A stretch of 64,000 nucleotides of DNA from a virus (Duplodnaviria; Caudoviricetes), in the IMG/VR virus record IMGVR_UViG_3300021431_000111, positions 13,555 to 77,554 of that record; one strand, 5' to 3'. Below, piece by piece: positions 20,165 to 28,164 of the stretch. Each line of letters begins with the position of its first letter. Positions within the stretch are counted from its first letter, which is position 1. The notes beneath the pieces are model-generated. The model was given only the letters and a program-made list of their open reading frames with translations, made no database searches and was not told where the DNA came from. The translations under genes were made by a program, and so were the position numbers.

Positions 20165-23077
20165 ATGCTAGTAAAATATGACGCATTTAATCGCTTCGAA
20201 CACCCGAAGCTTACTTTATGTACGCCTGCGTCTAGATATATCGACGGAAGAATAACAGATGTCATTGGCGGAATCCCTATGACATCTGACGAAGAAATAG
20301 TTGCAAACTTCAATGAAGTTTCAAGTCTTAACTTTGCATGTTATAAAGTGGATGAAAGCGAAGACCCAGATAACATATATGAGATTATTTCTGAAAAACA
20401 AAATGTATTTGTAGACGACGTTGGCTTCTTTACTATTACTGATGTCACGGAGCATATAACAGATGAGTTAACATATAAGGATATTAGCGCCGAGTCGTGT
20501 GAGACGGAATTGAAAAATAAAACAATGCCGGCGGCGTTTTATAGCCAGGAATCTAATCTAGATTATGCATATAATACAACGTATAGATTCGATACATTAA
20601 TAGAGATGCTCGTGAGGTCTATTCCTAGGTGGAGTCTGTCTTATGTAGATGAATCATTATCAAATAAGTACAGAACATTTGAGGACATCTCAGAAGATAC
20701 AAACATCTTATCCTTTATGTTAACGGAAATGCAGGACGCATATGAGTGCATTTTCGTATTTGATATCTTAAACAGATATATTTATATCTACTCACAGGAC
20801 AATTATGTTCGAATGACAGATATTCATATTTCTAACGAAGATATTGTTAATTCAATTACAGTATCGAGAACAAGCGATGATATATATACGGCAATTAGTG
20901 TGTTGGGAGATAGCGATATCAATATAGCTGGAGTCAACCCGATAGGAACTAACGTCTTATATAGATATGACAATTATTTTAATTCAATGGCAAAAGAACT
21001 TGCCGACAAAATAAAGGCTTGGCAAGATTTAGTAGAGTCGTATGAAGATGATTATTATTCATACAATTCAATTTATTATGAAAAGCTTGGCGAGAGATCG
21101 AATGTTCAATTAGAGTTAGGAAGAATATCTACTCAGATGAACATGTATCAAAAATGTAAAGATAACGTCGTAGCGACATCTGGACTTACGGACTCGAACG
21201 CTCTTTGTTTTACTGTTAGCGGAGATAAAGCTGTACAAGTAGCAAATATTGTATCTGAGTATAACGACAGCGGTACGAACATTCCTTTGAGCCAAACTTT
21301 TTCTGAAGAATTAACAATTAATGGGAATAAAGCAACAACGTCAAATGTTGCTGTGGGCGCTGTGGGAAGCGAAATATCTTCGCTATATATTAAAAATAAT
21401 GAAGGTGTATATACGAAGCAATTAACGCAATCTTCTACAGTATCGCCTGATCATTTTACTTATGATTCTGCAACGAAAGTACTAACCTTTTATACTGGCC
21501 AGTTCCCTGACGGTACAAAGATTGGAGTATTTTATCACACAAACAACTCTAGTGCAGAAGATACAATTATTGTAACAAATCTTATCAAAGAACTTAATGA
21601 TGAGATCGCCTCTTTGGTATTTCAGCAAGAGACGCAGCTAAGTGCATTAGATACAATTAATGAAGAATTATCTGCAGCAAGAGAAAACATAGAGGCAATA
21701 CATTCTGCTGTAGATATGAATACGTATTTCTCGAACGAAGAATTAGAGGCAATTTCGTTATATACATTTGAGGGCGAATATAAGGACGAGTTCATTACAA
21801 TTACTGAATCAATGACTTATCCACAGCAGCTTGATCAAATGAAAATATTATATGATCGTGCAAAGATTCAACTTCAAAAGATTTCAACTCCGACAGAACA
21901 ATTTAGCGTAGATGTTGAGAATTTTATTTTTCAACAAATGTTTCAAGATTGGACTGAGCAACTTGAAACCGGTTGTTTAATTAATGTTGAACTAAAACCA
22001 GGAGATATCGCATCTCTGTTTTTATCTAACTTTACTGTAAATTATGAAGACGAGTCATTATCGATGACGTTCGGAAATAGATACAACAAATTTGATCCAA
22101 AAACGCTATTCGACAATGTGCTTGGTAATATTAGCAGAACATCTAATAGTATTAACTTTATTAAGGATACAATATACCCTATTACATCTGGAGAGTTTAA
22201 TGAGATTAAAAATGCTCTATCTCAAATGAGATTACTCTCCGCAGGTCAGGCAATTACATCACAATATCAGGATTTTATTATTGATAGTACCGGAATTACC
22301 GGAAAGCAAAGATCTGGAGAGTCCGAGTTCTATCCAGAGCAAATTAAGATTGTGAATAATATGATTGCTTTGACGGACGACGGATGGGAAACGTGTAAGC
22401 TCGCAATCGGAAAGATATTAATGGCCGATGGCACTTATAAATATGGCGTTAATGCAGAAGTATTGATGGGTGACATTATCCTTGGTAACGAGCTTCATAT
22501 CTTAGGACAAAATGATAACGGAGATTATGTTGATATATTCTCTGTAATGCAAGAACGTATTGAGGCGCACGTTCCAGAGATACATGCTATTACGACAAAT
22601 ACTGGATATACATTTAACGATAACGGGTTGATGATTGAAAGATTTGATTCTGAAATCGTTAACGTCCTCAACAACGAGGGTATGGAAGTATCGCTTGTAA
22701 ACAACTCTGCTCCGGAAGAATATACGGAGAGAATACAGGTGCTAGATAACAAACTCACGCTTACATATCCAGCTATTGATTTGTCCGATGAAACATTTGA
22801 TATTAATGTTGTAATTAATGACACGCCTGTTACCAATTTGGAATATGACGAGAATCTTCATACCGTAACAATACTTTCTCCGAAATTTGCGGACGGTGCA
22901 TGGGCAACAGTTACTTACAACAAAGGAGAACGGACATCAATTTTGACGGCTAAGAATGATGGCGTTCAAACAAAAAACCTTGTTGCGCATGAGTATCTTC
23001 AGGCTGGTCTACATTCAAGATTTGAGAACTATTCAAATGATACAGATTCAAATAGAACAGCATGTTTCTATATTTAA
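20165..23077 (+). CDS. Tail-associated hub/Tal (prophage tail endopeptidase-like) protein
   Basis: 970 aa after Dit, coiled-coil middle region, GIT…TDDGWETCKLAIG motif. Confidence 0.7.
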   Translation: MLVKYDAFNRFEHPKLTLCTPASRYIDGRITDVIGGIPMTSDEEIVANFNEVSSLNFACYKVDESEDPDNIYEIISEKQNVFVDDVGFFTITDVTEHITDELTYKDISAESCETELKNKTMPAAFYSQESNLDYAYNTTYRFDTLIEMLVRSIPRWSLSYVDESLSNKYRTFEDISEDTNILSFMLTEMQDAYECIFVFDILNRYIYIYSQDNYVRMTDIHISNEDIVNSITVSRTSDDIYTAISVLGDSDINIAGVNPIGTNVLYRYDNYFNSMAKELADKIKAWQDLVESYEDDYYSYNSIYYEKLGERSNVQLELGRISTQMNMYQKCKDNVVATSGLTDSNALCFTVSGDKAVQVANIVSEYNDSGTNIPLSQTFSEELTINGNKATTSNVAVGAVGSEISSLYIKNNEGVYTKQLTQSSTVSPDHFTYDSATKVLTFYTGQFPDGTKIGVFYHTNNSSAEDTIIVTNLIKELNDEIASLVFQQETQLSALDTINEELSAARENIEAIHSAVDMNTYFSNEELEAISLYTFEGEYKDEFITITESMTYPQQLDQMKILYDRAKIQLQKISTPTEQFSVDVENFIFQQMFQDWTEQLETGCLINVELKPGDIASLFLSNFTVNYEDESLSMTFGNRYNKFDPKTLFDNVLGNISRTSNSINFIKDTIYPITSGEFNEIKNALSQMRLLSAGQAITSQYQDFIIDSTGITGKQRSGESEFYPEQIKIVNNMIALTDDGWETCKLAIGKILMADGTYKYGVNAEVLMGDIILGNELHILGQNDNGDYVDIFSVMQERIEAHVPEIHAITTNTGYTFNDNGLMIERFDSEIVNVLNNEGMEVSLVNNSAPEEYTERIQVLDNKLTLTYPAIDLSDETFDINVVINDTPVTNLEYDENLHTVTILSPKFADGAWATVTYNKGERTSILTAKNDGVQTKNLVAHEYLQAGLHSRFENYSNDTDSNRTACFYI

Positions 23078-23143
23078 ATACAATAACATAAATTACTTTT
23101 TAGACGGTTGTGGCCGTCTTTTGTTTAAGGACGGTGAAATAAA

Positions 23144-26017
23144 ATGGCAAGTGGAACAATCACAGGATCAACCGCGAGTTCGGAATGGACATATAAAATA
23201 GTATGGTCTGAAAGCGGAGGCAGTGACACAAATAATACGTCAACTGTCACAGCTAAAGCATACATTGGAAGATCAAGGTCGAAGTCGTATCTTGGCGGAA
23301 ACTGGTCTATGACTATTACGATCAATGGATCAAAAGGCTCATATTCGGGAAATATTTCATACCCAACGTATATCGACGCCGGTGGATGGTTATACTTAAC
23401 TGAAAGATCCGTTTCTGTAGCACATAACGCGGATGGTTCTAAGACGATTGGCATCTCTGGAAGCATGTCTTCTTCAGACTTTACTCCAAGTTGGTGCTCG
23501 GCTAACTCGAGCAACGTCGTGTTGTCAAAATTAGATAGATCTGCGCCTTCAGTTAAATTAAACAGCGCTGTTGCTAGTTCAACCACATCGTTGACGCTAA
23601 CTGGCTCTTCCGGAAGTGTTACGTGTGATAGATGGGACTACTCTATTGATGGCGGCGCATGGACTAATTACTCAACGGCAGCGACAACAAGTACTTCAAA
23701 AACAATTACTGGATTATCAAGTAGTACACATACTGTAAAAATTGAGGCAAGAAAGAAATCAAATCAGGTCTACGGAGCTTCTTCAGTGGTGACTGTCGAC
23801 CTTATTGCCCCAGTTGTTTCTTTCGATATATCAAATATCGCCGTTGATGGAGCAAAAATAACAGCTTCGTCAGACGTCCCGTGTAATATATGGGAGTATT
23901 CTCTTGACGGCGGTGCAAACTGGATATCATTTTCTACAACACAAGGAACAACTGCAGACGTTACATTGACTGGATTAACAGTTAATACAATGTATACTGT
24001 AAGTTTGCGTGCAAGAAAAGCATCCAATAATTTGTATGGGGCTGCTAACAATGTTTCGTTTACAACTCTTGGAAACACAAAGATAAACTCTGTCACAACG
24101 TTTTATCCAGACAATGTTAACGCCACCACGATAACGTTTAGCAGGACTAATTATGTGGCAACATATAGACATCGTCTTGAAATGAAAAATGGCGACGATG
24201 TTATCATGTATTTAGATAACATCTCGTATACAACAGGCACGGCTAATGAAACCATTAATGTATCATCAGAATTAAGAACAACATTACTGAATTTAATACC
24301 TTCAGATAGCAAGACGAAAGCAATCACGCTTTCTATGACAACATATGATTCTTATGAAGACGGTGTTTACGGCACACAAATCGGCCCTGTCAGTGACGCA
24401 ACGTTAACACTTGGTACAACACAGGAAAACTCCGGGCCGATATTAGAATGCAGCGTTATTGATTCAAACTCAGTAACAATTGCGTTGACAGGAGATAATA
24501 CAAAACTGATTCGTAATGCATCGACTGCATTGTGTACGCTTACAGCTTCTGCAAGAAATAATGCTACGATCAAAGTTAATATGATTAACAATCTTATTAC
24601 AACTTCGTATACATATGATAAAGTAGCTATTTCTTCATTTGTGTTCTTTATAAGAGATTCAAGAGGATATGATGTTACTCAAACAATCAATCCTACAATG
24701 ATTGAGTATACTGTACCAACATGTGTATCATCAGCAGAAAGGGTGTCTCCTGTATCATCGAATCAGATATACCTTTCATTTAGCGGAAGATATTATAACG
24801 GTTATTTCGGAAATACTACAAATTATAACTCGCTAACAGTTGGGTATCGGTTTAAGAGTCTAGACGAAGAAGAATATAGTTCGCTGTCTACTATTAGTAA
24901 CAGCAATATATCGACAACATCGACTTCGTATGCCAGCGTGCCATCGTTAATCCCTTCAGATACGTTTGACTATACTAAGGCTTATAACCTTAGAATAATA
25001 GTATCGGATCGAATCAATACTGTAATATCGGATATTATTATTACAAAAGGCGTCCCTGTTTTTGATTGGGGAGAAAATGATTTTGAGTTTCATGTACCAG
25101 TAGCAGCCATTGATTTGACGTTGTCAAAGAGCCTTATGGTTGCAGGAATCGATCATACAATTACCGATGATGATTATTATGAACTCGCATCATTATTGGC
25201 CGAACCGTTTAGTCAGTATTCAACTTATGAGGCCGGAGATTTTGTATCAAACAATGATAACATTTATGAGGCTCTTCACGATATAACAACTGCTGGAGCA
25301 TGGAATCGTGATGATTGGAGTTTAATTCCAGCTCCTGTTACTCCGTCTATTCAAACACTTGTAAATACAAGATGGGTAATGAACGAGGTATTAGATAACG
25401 AAGCTATTACTCCTGGCACTTTTAATCTTTATGGCAAAACTGGTAATTTCGAATTTTCTAGCAGCGTAGAGTTTATATACTATAACGCTTATTATGAAAT
25501 TTATTTAGATGACGAAGATGTCCCTTGGTATCAAGCAAAAGATGGAGACACAAGTGGTTGGGGAGGGAATGATCATCTGAGAGACGTCACCATTTATGGC
25601 GGCGCAGATGCTACCAACCCGACAATAATAGCATGGTTCGAAAGCAATGCAACGCAGATCCCTGATACACAAGCTGTAATATCTTTACACGACACACAAT
25701 GGACGATGAACGAAACAATACCGGATTCTCCGAAAACTACAGAGCCAACTGAAAACTATTACCTCAATGGCAGCTTCGGAAGCTTAGCATTTAAGAATGA
25801 GATATTTATAGATGCGGTTAATGGCAAAATAGAGATATCTGGTGACGATGGAGAAGATTTCGTATATGTAAATGGTGCATGGGCGCAAGATGAATATAGA
25901 ACTGTAAGTATTACAGGACTTTCTTCTCAAACGTCTCTAAGGAATACTAGTAAATTACATATAAGGGATGCAGATTTAATCGATTGGTTCAATAGAAACG
26001 GAACATTGAATACATGA
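23144..26017 (+). CDS. Minor tail/baseplate protein (DUF859-like N-terminus, FN3-like repeats, CBM-like module, duplicated C-terminal domain)
   Basis: Ser/Thr-rich; two YS(I/L)DGG.W repeats; FSQYSTYEAGDFVSNNDNIYEA module; two TRWVMNE/TQWTMNE-type repeats. Confidence 0.7.
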   Translation: MASGTITGSTASSEWTYKIVWSESGGSDTNNTSTVTAKAYIGRSRSKSYLGGNWSMTITINGSKGSYSGNISYPTYIDAGGWLYLTERSVSVAHNADGSKTIGISGSMSSSDFTPSWCSANSSNVVLSKLDRSAPSVKLNSAVASSTTSLTLTGSSGSVTCDRWDYSIDGGAWTNYSTAATTSTSKTITGLSSSTHTVKIEARKKSNQVYGASSVVTVDLIAPVVSFDISNIAVDGAKITASSDVPCNIWEYSLDGGANWISFSTTQGTTADVTLTGLTVNTMYTVSLRARKASNNLYGAANNVSFTTLGNTKINSVTTFYPDNVNATTITFSRTNYVATYRHRLEMKNGDDVIMYLDNISYTTGTANETINVSSELRTTLLNLIPSDSKTKAITLSMTTYDSYEDGVYGTQIGPVSDATLTLGTTQENSGPILECSVIDSNSVTIALTGDNTKLIRNASTALCTLTASARNNATIKVNMINNLITTSYTYDKVAISSFVFFIRDSRGYDVTQTINPTMIEYTVPTCVSSAERVSPVSSNQIYLSFSGRYYNGYFGNTTNYNSLTVGYRFKSLDEEEYSSLSTISNSNISTTSTSYASVPSLIPSDTFDYTKAYNLRIIVSDRINTVISDIIITKGVPVFDWGENDFEFHVPVAAIDLTLSKSLMVAGIDHTITDDDYYELASLLAEPFSQYSTYEAGDFVSNNDNIYEALHDITTAGAWNRDDWSLIPAPVTPSIQTLVNTRWVMNEVLDNEAITPGTFNLYGKTGNFEFSSSVEFIYYNAYYEIYLDDEDVPWYQAKDGDTSGWGGNDHLRDVTIYGGADATNPTIIAWFESNATQIPDTQAVISLHDTQWTMNETIPDSPKTTEPTENYYLNGSFGSLAFKNEIFIDAVNGKIEISGDDGEDFVYVNGAWAQDEYRTVSITGLSSQTSLRNTSKLHIRDADLIDWFNRNGTLNT

Positions 26018-26023
26018 TAATGG

Positions 26024-26521
26024 GTGAAAGGGCTTATGAGAATTTATACAATATTTAAAAATATTATTAAAAAAATACAAGCTAGTGTTAATGTTGAGAG
26101 AATAACGGAATCCGAAATTGATACTATATTTGGAAGCTCATCTGGCACAAGTACGAATGCTCAAGATTACGTAGTAGAACACGGCACGTCTGGAATTTGG
26201 ACTTACAGAAAGTGGGCATCTGGTATCGCTGAATGCTGGGGTACACAAAGACATACAATTACATCGTGGAGTGGATGGGGAAACCTGTTTGAAGGAAAAC
26301 CAATTTTTACAACCAATTATCCATCTGGTCTATTCCTATCCCCACCCACAATCAATATGGTTGCGGATGGGACGCCGTCCAACTCAGGTACTTGTGGTCT
26401 GGAGATTTGGCAATATGGTTCAGCATCTGTCACACCACAAATGCTTGTGTTACGACCAAATTCAACAAGCACAAACATTGCTTTTAATATTCACATGGAA
26501 GCAAGAGGATTTTGGAAATAG
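26024..26521 (+). CDS. Tail fibre/receptor-binding domain protein
   Basis: Shares GTSGIWTYRKWASGI.E.WG with the next gene. Confidence 0.6.
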   Translation: MKGLMRIYTIFKNIIKKIQASVNVERITESEIDTIFGSSSGTSTNAQDYVVEHGTSGIWTYRKWASGIAECWGTQRHTITSWSGWGNLFEGKPIFTTNYPSGLFLSPPTINMVADGTPSNSGTCGLEIWQYGSASVTPQMLVLRPNSTSTNIAFNIHMEARGFWK

Positions 26522-26530
26522 AGGTGTTAA

Positions 26531-27229
26531 ATGAAATCATTAGACATTTTAGGCTTAGATCATGTGGCTCAGAAAATATATGACTTAATCGGTAGTGGTG
26601 GTTCTGCGAATTATATTATAGAGGAAGGAACTTCAGGTATATGGACGTATCGCAAGTGGGCTAGCGGTATAATGGAGGCATGGGGAAATACAAGCGCAAG
26701 TGTCGCAATGACAAATCCAATTCAAAACACCTATTACGGCAATACCTCGATAAGTATTTCTGGACTAGGATTTACCACATTGCAATCTGTTCATGTAACT
26801 GGGCAAGCATCAGGCTCTTATTTCGGAACGAAACTTGAATCTTATAACACTTCACAGATTACGGTTTCTTCTCGCTCATCTGCTTCGTATACAAACACCA
26901 TAAATTTTTCTTTTGAAATAAAAGGGTTATGGAGGGCGTTCACTCCAAGTGTGTCTCGTGCCGTATATAATCTCGGAGATTTAAAAGTTGGAAGTCTTGA
27001 AGTACCGGCTACTATAAGTGCAAATGCTACGACGTGGGTGACTGCGACTATTCCAGATGGACGAACGCTGGTCTGCCCCGCTGGTTATTATTATTATGGT
27101 GATAATAATGTTAATTGTACCGTGTACGCATTCAGACAAATTAACGACACGCAGATACAATTTGCGATAAGGAATTGGGCATCGGCCAAAGCTCCATTAA
27201 CATTGGCAGTTTCATACATTTATGTTTGA
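26531..27229 (+). CDS. Tail fibre/receptor-binding domain protein (paralogue with extra C-terminal domain)
   Basis: Same GTSGIWTYRKWASGI motif as 26024-26521. Confidence 0.6.
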   Translation: MKSLDILGLDHVAQKIYDLIGSGGSANYIIEEGTSGIWTYRKWASGIMEAWGNTSASVAMTNPIQNTYYGNTSISISGLGFTTLQSVHVTGQASGSYFGTKLESYNTSQITVSSRSSASYTNTINFSFEIKGLWRAFTPSVSRAVYNLGDLKVGSLEVPATISANATTWVTATIPDGRTLVCPAGYYYYGDNNVNCTVYAFRQINDTQIQFAIRNWASAKAPLTLAVSYIYV

Positions 27230-27325
27230 GTGATTGCATAAAAGGATAATTTTATTTACTGAACAGGACGGCCAGCACCTCTCAACGATATGTCCCAGGG
27301 CCGACATTTTATTTAAGGAGATATT

Positions 27326-27739
27326 ATGGAATACGAAAGAACAAATTGGGAGACAGGGGATGTTATTTCAGCAGACAAACTTAATAATATTGAGGACGGG
27401 ATTGAGCGCGCATGGACTCCAAGTCCTAATTATCGAGCAGTAGCCATGTTTAAAACTAAAGTGGTCGGAGATGATGAAATCTTATGCAATGCTCTAAATC
27501 AAAATATAACAAGTGATAATATAATGAATTATGTATCTCCACCAGATTATGATGGGGTCATGTTTCTTCCTGCATTATTTATCACGCAACAGGAGTCCTC
27601 GGAATCAGGAACAATCCGTTTCGGATTACTTTTCGAGTTCGTTATCGAGGGAGGAATTGTAACCACTATTGATTTTACAAACGGTACTTTTCTATATAAT
27701 GATACTGATAATTGTTACTACCTTGATACCTCAAGATAA
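27326..27739 (+). CDS. WxTGD/KLN N-terminal module protein 1 (putative virion appendage)
   Basis: Begins MEYERTNWETGDVISADKLNNIEDGI; three more copies in the window. Confidence 0.7.
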   Translation: MEYERTNWETGDVISADKLNNIEDGIERAWTPSPNYRAVAMFKTKVVGDDEILCNALNQNITSDNIMNYVSPPDYDGVMFLPALFITQQESSESGTIRFGLLFEFVIEGGIVTTIDFTNGTFLYNDTDNCYYLDTSR

Positions 27740-27765
27740 AAGGCACATTTTATTTACACAATTAG

Positions 27766-27794
27766 ACCACCCTACTCTTTTGAGTATGGGTGGT
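27766..27794 (+). terminator. Hairpin after 27326-27739
   Basis: ACCACCC-TACTC-tttt-GAGTA-t-GGGTGGT. Confidence 0.5.
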
Positions 27795-27814
27795 CATTTA
27801 CTATATAAAGGAGC

Positions 27815-28162
27815 GTGAGGTGGATTATGTATAAGATTACAACCCCTACAGTAACATTTACATTTCCTGCTGGTGTCGACATGACGCAGGCGGAAAATGT
27901 ATTTGTAACTTTTTCAGATTTGAAATCGTCAAAGATAATTGAGAAAACTGGAGAATCCCTTACGATTACTTCGAATGCGGTAGAGGTTCTTTTAACACAG
28001 GAAGACACTCAACGCTTTCCTGTAGGTACAGTAAAAGTACAAATCAACTGGACATACCTCGACGAGGGGATTACAAAAAGAGCCTGCACAGATGTGATGG
28101 CATTTATTGTTAGAGACAACTTACATCCAGAAATTATATCTGGATCGCAAGGCGGTGAATAA
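27815..28162 (+). CDS. BppU N-terminal-like adaptor, copy 1
   Basis: TTPT.TF…LTQE(D/E)…FP.G…VQ.NW…RAC shared with 33734-34057. Confidence 0.6.
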   Translation: MRWIMYKITTPTVTFTFPAGVDMTQAENVFVTFSDLKSSKIIEKTGESLTITSNAVEVLLTQEDTQRFPVGTVKVQINWTYLDEGITKRACTDVMAFIVRDNLHPEIISGSQGGE

Positions 28163-28164
28163 GT

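Noticed and set aside
26024-27229. TR/VR pair of a DGR between the two similar fibre genes
   Set aside because: The differences are at synonymous positions of all bases, consistent with old paralogy; no RT in the window.
27266-27303. Possible small pseudoknot (GGAC/GTCC and GGCC/GGCC) upstream of 27326
   Set aside because: Four-bp stems are too short to distinguish from chance.
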